From an uncultured Lachnospiraceae bacterium (GTDB lineage Bacteria > Bacillota > Clostridia > Lachnospirales > Lachnospiraceae): 64,000 nucleotides of DNA. The notes beneath the pieces were generated by a model. It searched no databases, was not told where the DNA came from, and saw nothing but the letters and a program-made list of their open reading frames with translations. The stretch covers positions 20,890 to 84,889 of the forward strand of contig CACWLA010000001.1 of NCBI GenBank assembly GCA_902761665.1, in the 5' to 3' direction. This document shows positions 33,635-42,679 of this stretch, one piece after another. Position numbers and translations under genes: made by a program. Each line of letters begins with the position of its first letter. The first letter of the stretch is position 1.

Positions 33635-34969
33635 ATGAGTGAAAAGATCACGAAGACCTGGCTGAAGAAGCAGGAAAAGACCTTTCTGGCCGACCGCGCG
33701 AACCGCGTGGCCATGGACGCCGTAACGGCCGTCGGCGTGAACGAGAGCGCGAAGCGCCCCGACGCCTTCCGCACCGACCTGCACGCCTATTCTGTCTCGC
33801 TGCCGCAGAAGGGCATCACCAACCAGAAGCGGAGCGGCCGCTGCTGGATGTTCGCCGCCCTGAACACCATGCGCTTCCGCATCATGCAGAAACTTAACCT
33901 TAAGGATTTCGAACTGTCGCAGACCTACACGATGTTCTGGGACAAACTGGAAAAAGCCAATTATTTCCTGGAAAGCATCCTGAAGACGCTCGACGAGCCG
34001 ACATCGGGACGTCTGCTGCAGTGGCTCCTGATGGCGCCCGTGCAGGACGGCGGCCAGTGGGACATGATCTGCAGCCTGATCGACAAATACGGGGTAGTCC
34101 CGAAGGCTTCGATGCCCGAGACCTTCTCATCCAGCGAGAGCATGCAGATGAATTTCACCCTGACCGAAAAACTTCGCGAAGACGCCTGCCGCCTGCGCAG
34201 TGCGTACAAGGCCGGGGCCGATGAGGCGAAGCTCCGCGCGATGAAGGACGAGATGATGGAGACCGTCTACGGCATGCTCTGCGTCTGCCTCGGCGTGCCG
34301 CCGAAGACCGTGGACTTCGAGGTCCGCGATAAGGACGATAAGTTCATCCGCGACTGTGGCCTCACGCCGCAGGAATTCTTCCGCAAATACGTGGAGATGG
34401 ACCTTTCGGAATACATCAGCCTGATCAATGCCCCGACGGACGACAAGCCCTACTACCGCAGCTACAGCGTGAAGTTCCTCGGCAACGTCATCGAAGGCCG
34501 CAAAGTGAAATACGTGAACCTGCCCGCGGATGAACTGAAGAAAGCGGCGATCGCCCAGATGCAGGACGGTGAGCCGGTCTGGTTCGGCTGCGACGTCGGC
34601 AAATCCTCCGTCCGGGACGGCGGCGTGATGTCGCTGGATCTCTTTGACAAAGGCAGCCTCTTCAATACGACTTTCGGCATGAATAAGGCGGAGCGCCTGG
34701 AGTACGGCCACAGCCTGATGACCCACGCGATGGTCTTCCAGGGCGTAAACCTGGATGAAGACGGCAGGCCGAACCGCTGGCGCGTGGAAAACAGCTGGGG
34801 CAAGGAACCTGGCAAGGACGGCTACTACGTGATGAGTGACGCCTGGTTTGACGAGTATCTCTACCAGGTCGTGGTCAACAAGAAGTACCTGCCGGAGGAG
34901 GTCCTCAAGGCCTTCGCGGAGAAGCCGATCCTCCTCGAACCCTGGGATCCCATGGGTTCACTTGCGTAA
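33635..34969 (+). CDS. pepC: Aminopeptidase C (C1-family bleomycin-hydrolase-like cysteine peptidase)
   Basis: Catalytic Cys context QKRSGRCWMFAALN, C-terminal ...HAMVFQGV...WRVENSWG. 444 aa. Confidence 0.88.
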   Translation: MSEKITKTWLKKQEKTFLADRANRVAMDAVTAVGVNESAKRPDAFRTDLHAYSVSLPQKGITNQKRSGRCWMFAALNTMRFRIMQKLNLKDFELSQTYTMFWDKLEKANYFLESILKTLDEPTSGRLLQWLLMAPVQDGGQWDMICSLIDKYGVVPKASMPETFSSSESMQMNFTLTEKLREDACRLRSAYKAGADEAKLRAMKDEMMETVYGMLCVCLGVPPKTVDFEVRDKDDKFIRDCGLTPQEFFRKYVEMDLSEYISLINAPTDDKPYYRSYSVKFLGNVIEGRKVKYVNLPADELKKAAIAQMQDGEPVWFGCDVGKSSVRDGGVMSLDLFDKGSLFNTTFGMNKAERLEYGHSLMTHAMVFQGVNLDEDGRPNRWRVENSWGKEPGKDGYYVMSDAWFDEYLYQVVVNKKYLPEEVLKAFAEKPILLEPWDPMGSLA

Positions 34970-34975
34970 GGAACC

Positions 34976-35962
34976 ATGGAAGAAGCACGGAAGCCGACAA
35001 TGACCGAGATCAGGACGGTCCTGACACAACTGGGGATCGCAGGCTTGAGCGACTCATCTCTCAGGGCCTTCGTCTCAGAAGAGGACGGGCAGGAATATGC
35101 GGTCTGGCTGGCCGATACGGGTCAGGGAAAATACGTCCTGAAGCAGGCAAAGGCTTATGAGATCGAGGTTTACCGCTGCTTTTTCGGCAGCGGGCAGCCT
35201 TATGTCCCCGCCTTTCTTGGCTCCTGCGAATATGACGGACAGGCTTATTTTCTGACGGAATATTTCCCCGGCAGGGATCTGCGGGCCTGCGACAGGAAGC
35301 GGCTGACCCTGGTGCTCGATGCGCTGGCGGAAATGCAGAATGAATTCTGGGAACGCAGGGATCTTTACGGTTCCTGCGTGACCATGGAAAAAGCGCTGGA
35401 AGGGATAGGAAACCGCGGGAAATACCTCGGTTCGCCGCTTCTGGAGCAGGCGTACCGCCAGTTTGAACAGGTATACCGCGAAACGCCGCGGTCGCTCTGC
35501 CACGACGATCTACTGCCGATCAATGTGCTTGCGAACGATGAATGTGCGGTATTCATCGACTGGGAGTACGGCGGTGTCCTTCCGTATCTCAGCTCGTTTG
35601 CGCGCCTGATCGCCCACGGCCGGGAAGACAAAGGCTACTATTTCCATATGACCGCGGAAGACCGTGAATATGCGGTTGCCTATTATTATCATGCGCTGCC
35701 GGAACGGCACGGCATTTCGTGGGAAGAATACCGGCGGTCGCTGGATCATTTCCTGTTCTATGAATACTGCGAATGGATCATGCTCGGCAACCGCTACGAT
35801 GCCCGTGACGACGAACGCTACGGGTACTATGTAAAGCTTGCGGAACAGATGGCGAAAAAGCTGACGGAGGAGTATTCCCCTGCGGACAGGCTGACGCTCC
35901 GGCCGCAGGGAGGAACCTCAGAAACGGTTCCGGGTGAAGATAACGATGAGCCGGATAAGTAA
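34976..35962 (+). CDS. Aminoglycoside/choline-kinase-fold phosphotransferase family protein
   Basis: Brenner-type motif CHDDLLPINVL and downstream FIDWEYGG. An alternative start at ATG 35000 is possible. Confidence 0.6.
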   Translation: MEEARKPTMTEIRTVLTQLGIAGLSDSSLRAFVSEEDGQEYAVWLADTGQGKYVLKQAKAYEIEVYRCFFGSGQPYVPAFLGSCEYDGQAYFLTEYFPGRDLRACDRKRLTLVLDALAEMQNEFWERRDLYGSCVTMEKALEGIGNRGKYLGSPLLEQAYRQFEQVYRETPRSLCHDDLLPINVLANDECAVFIDWEYGGVLPYLSSFARLIAHGREDKGYYFHMTAEDREYAVAYYYHALPERHGISWEEYRRSLDHFLFYEYCEWIMLGNRYDARDDERYGYYVKLAEQMAKKLTEEYSPADRLTLRPQGGTSETVPGEDNDEPDK

Positions 35963-36569
35963 AGAAGAATACCTGGCAGATCCGTGCGGCGCTTCGTCGC
36001 TTCCGTTCTGGAAGACGGAACAGTTTGCGGTACCGGAGAATGTTTCGGTGTTTCGGGATGATGAATTCGGCAAAGAGAAGTGCCCCGGGACAGATGAGCG
36101 GTATTTCAAACTGATCCATGATCTGCGAAGCGTCCCGCGGCCGATGCTTCCGGAAGGATACGAACTGACGGCTGCCGGCCCGGAAGAACTGGCGGAACAC
36201 ATCAACGCGTGCTACGCGGAAGAGTGTGTCACGGCGGAAGAACTTGCGGGATATGCCGGTCAGGAAACATATGATGCGGAACTGTGGATCGCGGTACGTG
36301 ACCGGGCAACGGGGAAGATCGCCGCGAGCGGCATCGGGGCATTCGACGCCCGGATCGGGGAAGGGATCCTTGACTGGATCGAGGTTTCGCCTGCCTGCAG
36401 GCGCAGGGGGCTTGGACGGTTCATTGTCTGCGAACTGCTCGGCCGCCTTTCCGGGAAGGCGGATCTTGCAACGGTCTCCGGCCGCATGGATAATGATACG
36501 GATCCGTTTGCCTTATACGTATCCTGCGGTTTCGTCCATCCGGTCATATGGCATGTCGTCAGAACGTAA
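35934..36569 (+). CDS. GNAT-family N-acetyltransferase
   Basis: Acetyl-CoA motif IEVSPACRRRGLGRFIVCELLGRL. Overlaps the previous CDS by up to 29 nt (alternative start 35946). Confidence 0.65.
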   Translation: MKITMSRISKEEYLADPCGASSLPFWKTEQFAVPENVSVFRDDEFGKEKCPGTDERYFKLIHDLRSVPRPMLPEGYELTAAGPEELAEHINACYAEECVTAEELAGYAGQETYDAELWIAVRDRATGKIAASGIGAFDARIGEGILDWIEVSPACRRRGLGRFIVCELLGRLSGKADLATVSGRMDNDTDPFALYVSCGFVHPVIWHVVRT

Positions 36570-36600
36570 GACGTGCGGCGCATCCTCTTTGCCCAGCCGG

Positions 36601-36639
36601 GCATGAAAAAAAGACGGCGATGCCGTCTTTTTTTCATGC
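36601..36639. terminator. Perfect bidirectional terminator
   Basis: GCATGAAAAAAAGACGGC-GAT-GCCGTCTTTTTTTCATGC. A/T runs on both sides, between convergent GNAT and TPM genes. Confidence 0.85.
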
Positions 36640-36650
36640 GTGAAGCGTGT

Positions 36651-37505
36651 TCAGAAGCCATGGCCGCCGCCGTGGGAGCCGCCTCCGCCGCCTCCTCCGC
36701 CTCCGCCGCCGGAAAAGCCGCCTCCGCCGCCTCCGCTGGAGTACGAAGCGTTTCGCTGTTTGTAGCGCTTGATAAGCTGCCGGCTGCCGTCTTCAAGTCT
36801 GACGGATTTGGAAATGTTCTTATCCAGCAGATAGACCTCGCCGGGCTTCTTGATGCGCGTGCGGGAATTGGCCGTCGTAAACACGACAAACAGGGCAAGG
36901 CAGACCGCGATCAGCAGATTGCTCATGTGCTTCATCGGCTGCGGCACCGCCCGGTCATCCAGAACGTCCGTGATCTGTGAGAAGGCGCGGCGGGCGCACT
37001 CGTAATATTTTCCGTCCCGCGCATAGGTGTAGACGTTGTCGGTGATGGTATTGCATTTCGCGACGCTCAGCTTGCTGGAGCGGTTCGTGACGCGGATGTA
37101 CAGCTGCCTGCCGTCGGAATCCGTCGTATCGAAATCGATCAGGAAGAGCACGCCGCCGTTGCTGTCGAAGATCTGGTTGTAGATCCGCCGCGAATAGGAT
37201 TCGGCGGACGTGTGATCCGTGTCATTCGTGGTAACGAAGGCGACCGGATAGAAAGCGGTCACCGGCAGCATGTCCTGTTTCAGCTTATCGGTCTCCGCCG
37301 CCGTGAGCATGCCCGCGTCATCCATGACGGTGACGAGAGAAGCGTTGGTCTGCGGTGCATACGGGTGAGCCCGCTCACGGAGCGCCAGGAAGGCGTCCCA
37401 GGCGAACGGGATCAGCATGAGCACGACCGCACCCAGAAGGAGCAGGTTCAGCGTCCGGTTCGAAACAGGCTTTCTCTCTTTCTTTGCCGTTTTCTGCGTA
37501 CTCAT
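36651..37505 (-). CDS. TPM-domain membrane protein with Gly-rich C-terminal tail
   Basis: N-terminal TM, TPM-like core (VTVMDDAGMLTAAETDKLKQDML...VAFVTTND), second TM, tail SSGGGGGGFSGGGGGGGGGGGSHGGGHGF. Its start overlaps the upstream stop by 4 nt. Confidence 0.7.
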   Translation of the reverse strand: MSTQKTAKKERKPVSNRTLNLLLLGAVVLMLIPFAWDAFLALRERAHPYAPQTNASLVTVMDDAGMLTAAETDKLKQDMLPVTAFYPVAFVTTNDTDHTSAESYSRRIYNQIFDSNGGVLFLIDFDTTDSDGRQLYIRVTNRSSKLSVAKCNTITDNVYTYARDGKYYECARRAFSQITDVLDDRAVPQPMKHMSNLLIAVCLALFVVFTTANSRTRIKKPGEVYLLDKNISKSVRLEDGSRQLIKRYKQRNASYSSGGGGGGFSGGGGGGGGGGGSHGGGHGF

Positions 37506-39124
37506 TCCGCACTTCCTCTCTTCATCGTGAAGATGGGAATGTCGCGCGAAGCTAGCAGGTTCTGCTGCCGGATCACGTCGAAGGCCGCCCAGACCGAGAC
37601 CGCGATATTAGCAAGCCCGGCAGCGTAGTACCAGGTATCTACGACGGTCCCGCTCATCAGGACGCCGGCGCCGAAGGCGAGTGCAAGCCATACCTTCCAC
37701 AGAACGGCGAGGGATGCCGCGCGGGACTTGCTGTATTTCCAGTGCGTACTCTTATACGGCGTATTTGCCGCTGCAGTCGATCCGGAACGGATCAGGCCGG
37801 AGATGAAGCGGAAGAACATGACCAAAAGGATGAGCGGCACGAGTATGACGGAAAAATCGAAATCGAAGTTCGGGAAGACCGCCTCGATGAGCATGGTGAT
37901 GAGCGGCAGTACGAAGAACATGCAGACGCCGAAGGTCAGCACGCCGGACAGAGCGCCGGAAGACTTCTTCTCCCTGCTGCCGAGGTTTTTCACGGCGCCG
38001 GCAAAGGCCTGATAGCCGATCCGCCCGATATCGTCCAGGTGGTTCTCGCGTACGTAGACGTCCTGCGAGAGGCGCCCCAGCAGGATGCCGAAGACCGTGG
38101 TGATGGCCATCGAGATCCACAGGAAAGGCGCGGGCTTTATTGTGAGGAAGATGTCGAGAACGGCCGCGATGACAGCTGCCGTGATCAGGCTGACCTTGAG
38201 ATATTTCGCGCGGTCGAGGGGAATGTCCGCTGCGACGTCGCCGTTCGTTCCGTTGACGGCGGCATAGCAGATGCGGTCTTTCACGCGGTGCGTAAGCAGC
38301 CATACCGGCAGGAGGATCTTTTTGCGGGAGAGGGTAATGTCCGCGGGTTCCGTGGCATTCGAAAGCGGCACGGACATGCCCTCGAAAGTGACCGAGTGCG
38401 TTGCGTTGATGTCGTCGCTCACGAGCTTCGCCATTACGGGATCGTAGGTCTCCGGCTCGACGTCGCTGCCGTCCGCGTAGAAGCCGGCAACGTAAGACGG
38501 GCGGAAGGGTACGGTTTTCGTATGGCTGAAGGTATCGATCGATTCGCTGAGGGCGTCGGGGAACGCGACAGCCGCGTCGAAACGGTTGCCTTCATACGTG
38601 CTCTGCAGCGTTCCGTCGATCTGATACACGCTCACTTCCGTGTATTCGCGGCCGAGCGAACGGCGCGTTTCGCCCTTCGCGGAGACCTTCGTGCGGCTGT
38701 CAGCCCGGTATTCGTAGAAGGGCATGTAGATGCCGGTCAGTTCCTGCCGGCCGTCCTCCCGCATCCAGTCGGGGGCGAGCAGGATCTTATCCGTCCTTTC
38801 CCGATAGCGGTTGGCCGCGGCCTTCTCCTTAAAGGCGAAGGGGATGATGCCGTCCGGCTTCTGCTCCTCTTTGACCCGCCGGTCGAAGATGACCGAGGAG
38901 CCGCAGTAGCTGCAGAAGGTGGCGATCGTATTGTCGTAGCTTAAGACGACCGAGCCGCACTGCGGACACGACAATTCGACCGTCTGGTACTGTCCCTTGC
39001 GGTCAAGATAAGCTTCGTATTCATCCAGCGTGATCACGCTGTCGCAGTATTCGCAGCTGACGGCACCGTTCGACAGGTCATAGCTGACGCCGGCGCCGCA
39101 GTGCGGACAGGTAAATGCGTACAT
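37502..39124 (-). CDS. Membrane protein with N-terminal tandem zinc ribbons (function unknown)
   Basis: CPHCG..CEYC and CPQCG..CSYCG pairs, about 230-aa soluble domain, then about 6 hydrophobic helices. 540 aa. Confidence 0.6.
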   Translation of the reverse strand: MYAFTCPHCGAGVSYDLSNGAVSCEYCDSVITLDEYEAYLDRKGQYQTVELSCPQCGSVVLSYDNTIATFCSYCGSSVIFDRRVKEEQKPDGIIPFAFKEKAAANRYRERTDKILLAPDWMREDGRQELTGIYMPFYEYRADSRTKVSAKGETRRSLGREYTEVSVYQIDGTLQSTYEGNRFDAAVAFPDALSESIDTFSHTKTVPFRPSYVAGFYADGSDVEPETYDPVMAKLVSDDINATHSVTFEGMSVPLSNATEPADITLSRKKILLPVWLLTHRVKDRICYAAVNGTNGDVAADIPLDRAKYLKVSLITAAVIAAVLDIFLTIKPAPFLWISMAITTVFGILLGRLSQDVYVRENHLDDIGRIGYQAFAGAVKNLGSREKKSSGALSGVLTFGVCMFFVLPLITMLIEAVFPNFDFDFSVILVPLILLVMFFRFISGLIRSGSTAAANTPYKSTHWKYSKSRAASLAVLWKVWLALAFGAGVLMSGTVVDTWYYAAGLANIAVSVWAAFDVIRQQNLLASRDIPIFTMKRGSAE

Positions 39125-39138
39125 GATGACTCCTGTAA

Positions 39139-40410
39139 TCAGGCGCCCGCGACCGGGACGCCCGGGATCAGAACGGCGTAAGGCCCTTCATAGCTGCCGC
39201 TCTTCCAGCGTTCTTTCGAGAAAATGAGTTTGCCCTGCACGTCCAGGATGCTGCCGTTGACGGAGCCGCCGCAGACCGGAACGGCGGTGCTGCCCCGGTG
39301 CAGGAGGGCGAGGCGCATTTCGCCGCCAAAGTGGCCGTCGAAGAAATCCATCTGGAAATCCGAGAAGGAGACGGTCTCCAGGACGCCGTCCTTCCGCATT
39401 TCGGCAAGCGGGACGGTCCCGCAGTCCACGCGGATCTTCTGATAATTGCCGGTCGGCTCGATCCCCAGGTAGCGGCAGAAGCGGGTGGCGCCGTAGTAGG
39501 TCTTCAGTACGCCGCCTGAAAGCAGCTCACGGTCGACCATCGGGACGCCGTCCGAACTGTACGGGGCGTCGGCCACCAGCGTCAGGTTCAGGCGCTCGCC
39601 GCCTTCCGGCTCGCCCTGAACATCGTCGCCGATCTTCCAGGTGGAGTAGCCGGAAACGAGGATCCCGGCGCTGGCGCGCGCGGCGTAGTAGTCGAAAAGC
39701 GTGGGGATATTGTCGCCGGTGACCAGGATGTCGTAGGTCCCGGAAGCCGGCATTTCCTTCGCATTCGCGCGCAGGCGCGCGTCACGGAGGCCTTCCCTCA
39801 CCCTTGCGGTCAGGGCGTCCGGATCCAGGCTGTCATAGTTGAACTGGCGGTACTGCTCGACGTCCTCTGGCTCTTTGCACTGGGTCACGAATTCGCCGAA
39901 CACGTCGTCGGTGTCGTAGGAAACGTGCAGGCCGTTCGACGCCCTGATCTCGAAGAACTTGCGGTGGATGAAGATCTCCATCGAGTTGAGGAAGGCTTCG
40001 GGATCGTCGGCAGCGAGCGCGGCATCGGCATAGCGCTCCGCGATCTCTTCGAGAGGCAGATCCTTCAGATCGGAAGGCGATTCCTTATGCGGCGCGGTCA
40101 CCTTGTCGGGCAGTTCATAGAAGGGATTCTTCACGAACTGTGCGGCAAAATACGCGTCCGCGATCTTCCGGCCGATCTCTTCGTCGGTCATGCCGGGCAC
40201 GATGTAGGTCACCGACTGGCCGCGCAGCTTCCTGCCGTCTTCCTCGGCGTCGCGGCAGACCGTGACTTCGTACTGCAGGATGTCGTTAAAGCGGGGAAGA
40301 TCCAGTTTATTTTTGATGAAATAAAGTTCAGCGGTCTTCGTGTGGTTCCGGAGGATGCTCCAGACCCGGACGCCGGCGGCTTCGAGCGCTTTTTCAATAC
40401 GTTCAAACAT
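39139..40410 (-). CDS. PmbA/TldE-family protein (TldD partner)
   Basis: 423 aa, no HExxxH, C-terminal Gly-rich beta region (GATRFCRYLG...GHFGGEMRLALL) as in PmbA/TldE. Directly downstream of tldD. Confidence 0.72.
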   Translation of the reverse strand: MFERIEKALEAAGVRVWSILRNHTKTAELYFIKNKLDLPRFNDILQYEVTVCRDAEEDGRKLRGQSVTYIVPGMTDEEIGRKIADAYFAAQFVKNPFYELPDKVTAPHKESPSDLKDLPLEEIAERYADAALAADDPEAFLNSMEIFIHRKFFEIRASNGLHVSYDTDDVFGEFVTQCKEPEDVEQYRQFNYDSLDPDALTARVREGLRDARLRANAKEMPASGTYDILVTGDNIPTLFDYYAARASAGILVSGYSTWKIGDDVQGEPEGGERLNLTLVADAPYSSDGVPMVDRELLSGGVLKTYYGATRFCRYLGIEPTGNYQKIRVDCGTVPLAEMRKDGVLETVSFSDFQMDFFDGHFGGEMRLALLHRGSTAVPVCGGSVNGSILDVQGKLIFSKERWKSGSYEGPYAVLIPGVPVAGA

Positions 40411-40422
40411 GACGGTACCTCC

Positions 40423-41844
40423 TTAACCCAGACGGATGCGGGCCTTGATCCAGGGACCGCCGTCGGAGACCTTGACCCATTCCTTCCAGCCCTTGCCGCA
40501 GAAGCCGCCGCCGGCGTGCTCCACGGTGCCGGAGATCATGGAAATCGATTTCAGAAGATCCGGAACATAGCCGGAAAGAACGATGGGAGAGAAGATGCGG
40601 CCGGTGAGTTTCCCGTCCTTTATCTCGCGGGCGAAGCTCACCATGCACTGGATGCCCCAGTTCTTCGGGTCCTCCATGCCGCTGGTCGGCTGTTCGAGAA
40701 GGAGGCCGTCCTTCACGGAGGCGATCATGTCTTCCACCTTATCGTTCCCTTCGAGGAAGTAGGTGTTGGTCATGCGGGTGTACGCCTTGTGGTCAATGGC
40801 TTCGCGGCGGCCGTTGCCGGTGGGCTTTGCGCCCAGGCGGGCGGCGCTGACTTCGTCGCAGATGCCGCCGACGAGGATGCCCCGGTCGATGATCAGGGTA
40901 TCCTGCGCCGTGTTCCCTTCGTCGTCGAAGAAATAGGTGGCGACGTCTTCGTAGCCAGTCGCGGCGCCGTCGTGCATGGTGACTAAGGGCGAGGCGACGG
41001 GTTTCCCGACGTGGGACTTCGCGAGCGCGCGGTCCTTCACGAACATGTCCATCTCCACACCGTGGCCGAAGGCTTCGTGGACGATCATGCCGGTGACCTC
41101 GGGCGTGCAGACGCATTCGTAGGTGCCGGGAACGAGCGCTTCGCTCCGAAGGACGTCTTCCAGGGTGGCAATCGCCTTATCCAGGTGCGAAGGAAGTTCA
41201 TCCAGCAGCTCTGCGCCGCCGAGCATCGAAATGCTCTCGTAGGCATCCTTGACTTCCTCGCCGCGGCGGGCGGTTACGCTGAGCGCAGCGGTGGTCCAGA
41301 GGACGTTCTGTTCCAGATCGCGGTGCGGGGAGAGGAAGAGCTTGTGATAGCACTGGTAAGAGCAGCGGACGGAACAGTCGATGAGGTCCGCCTTCTTTTC
41401 AAAAGCCGACTTCCGGACGGCGGACAGTCTGTCCAGGATGGCTTCGTCGCCGAGTTCGTGCGGGTCAACGGCATATTCCGTTGATTTTGTGAACTGCAGC
41501 GGTTCGTCTGCGGAAACGGCGGTCTGATAACGTTCAAAATGTTCCGCAGCCTTGCGGATGCTGCGGGAAAGCTCGGCCAGGATCTCCGGGATCTTTTCCT
41601 CGGAAAGTTCATTGCCGCTGTATTCGGCATAGCCCTCGCCCGCGTACACGCGGACAACGAAGCCGCGCTTGCCGAAGCGGTTGTTTTCCGAGAGGGTGAT
41701 GCCCGCCCGGGAGACGCTGTAATCTTTCGCATCCACGTCCGCCGCGAGGACCGAAGCGTAGGCGTATTCGCCGAGGCAGGCGTCCAGAAGCTTCCGGCAG
41801 AGCGGTTTCAGGGAAGCGAGATAGGCACTGGATTTCACTTGCAT
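40423..41844 (-). CDS. tldD: TldD-family metalloprotease
   Basis: 473 aa. HEAFGHGVEMD (HExxxH) and conserved C-terminal GFCGKG motif. Confidence 0.85.
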   Translation of the reverse strand: MQVKSSAYLASLKPLCRKLLDACLGEYAYASVLAADVDAKDYSVSRAGITLSENNRFGKRGFVVRVYAGEGYAEYSGNELSEEKIPEILAELSRSIRKAAEHFERYQTAVSADEPLQFTKSTEYAVDPHELGDEAILDRLSAVRKSAFEKKADLIDCSVRCSYQCYHKLFLSPHRDLEQNVLWTTAALSVTARRGEEVKDAYESISMLGGAELLDELPSHLDKAIATLEDVLRSEALVPGTYECVCTPEVTGMIVHEAFGHGVEMDMFVKDRALAKSHVGKPVASPLVTMHDGAATGYEDVATYFFDDEGNTAQDTLIIDRGILVGGICDEVSAARLGAKPTGNGRREAIDHKAYTRMTNTYFLEGNDKVEDMIASVKDGLLLEQPTSGMEDPKNWGIQCMVSFAREIKDGKLTGRIFSPIVLSGYVPDLLKSISMISGTVEHAGGGFCGKGWKEWVKVSDGGPWIKARIRLG

Positions 41845-41888
41845 GGATCATTATCCTTTCTTACAGGCATGGTTTGCATGACGTTTAT

Positions 41889-41917
41889 ATTTTACTCAGT
41901 TTGACGGGAAATGTAAA
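41889..41917 (-). promoter_or_regulatory. Promoter of the tldD operon
   Basis: Minus strand: TTTACA (41912-41917), 17-nt spacer, TAAAAT (41889-41894). Confidence 0.5.
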
Positions 41918-41951
41918 GAAAGGAAAAGCCGGAAAGAGGTGCGGGACGTCC

Positions 41952-41980
41952 TTGCGAAGGCGTCACGTTTCTGCTATACT
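41952..41980 (+). promoter_or_regulatory. Promoter of the small membrane-protein gene
   Basis: TTGCGA (41952-41957), 17-nt spacer ending in TGc, TATACT (41975-41980). Confidence 0.5.
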
Positions 41981-42034
41981 CCTTCAGGACAAAATGATAC
42001 TGCCGCCATGACCGGCGGCGGAAAGAGGCATGAA

Positions 42035-42586
42035 ATGAAAGAAAACGGAACGGTCCGTTTCGTGACATTCGGCGCCATGGGCGTCGCCCTGGTCGTTGCG
42101 GCGCAGTGGCTGGGGAATATGCTGCCGGCAGGTGCCGTGATCGCGGGGCCTTTTGCCGTGAAGCAGCTGGTGACGGGGAGTCTCGTCAACTGCATCCTTT
42201 TCGTCTGGGCGGACCGCGTGGGTCTCTGGAATGCGGTGACGGTCGGCGTTCTGTCGGCAGTGCTCGCTTCCGTGATCGGCGTGGGACCGCAGGTCCTGCC
42301 GATCGTTCCGCTCATCGCCTGCGGCAACGCGCTTCTGGTGATCGTTTACCGGCTGGCGAAAGATAAACTGAAGTTCCCGGGGATCGCCAGGATCCTCTTG
42401 GCCGCGGCTGTCAAATGCGGCTTCCTGTGGCTGACGGTGCCGCTCCTTCTGGGCGCGCTCACGTCTGTCCCCGAAAAGCAGGTGAAGGCGCTGTCGGTCA
42501 TGTTCTCCTGGCCGCAGGGGCTTACCGCCCTCATCGGCGGCCTGCTCGCCCTCATCATCATCCCGCGGCTGAAGAAAGCCGAGTGA
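42035..42586 (+). CDS. Small polytopic membrane protein, ECF-transporter S-component-like
   Basis: Start ATG 42035 (MKENGTVRFVTFGAMGVALVVAAQ...). About 183 aa, 5-6 hydrophobic helices. Assignment rests on size and topology only. Confidence 0.4.
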   Translation: MKENGTVRFVTFGAMGVALVVAAQWLGNMLPAGAVIAGPFAVKQLVTGSLVNCILFVWADRVGLWNAVTVGVLSAVLASVIGVGPQVLPIVPLIACGNALLVIVYRLAKDKLKFPGIARILLAAAVKCGFLWLTVPLLLGALTSVPEKQVKALSVMFSWPQGLTALIGGLLALIIIPRLKKAE

Positions 42587-42610
42587 ACAGCGCAGAACAG
42601 CGTGAAAAAG

Positions 42611-42636
42611 GGACCGCCTCCGTAAGGGGGCGGTCC
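42611..42636 (+). terminator. Hairpin terminator candidate
   Basis: GGACCGCC-10 nt loop-GGCGGTCC followed by TGTATGTT. Confidence 0.5.
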
Positions 42637-42679
42637 TGTATGTTAAGCGAACATGCCGTTCGCAAAGGCGCCGGGCGTT

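Noticed and set aside
36668-36735. GCC/GGC-rich simple repeat as a possible microsatellite or contingency locus.
   Set aside because: It is the in-frame coding sequence of the poly-Gly tail of the TPM protein, a common feature of that family, and it is not a perfect repeat.
41987-42034. Riboswitch in front of the ECF-S-like membrane protein.
   Set aside because: With the predicted promoter, the leader is only about 48 nt, with one 6-bp hairpin. That is too short for the vitamin or preQ1-type riboswitches I know, and no consensus was recognised.
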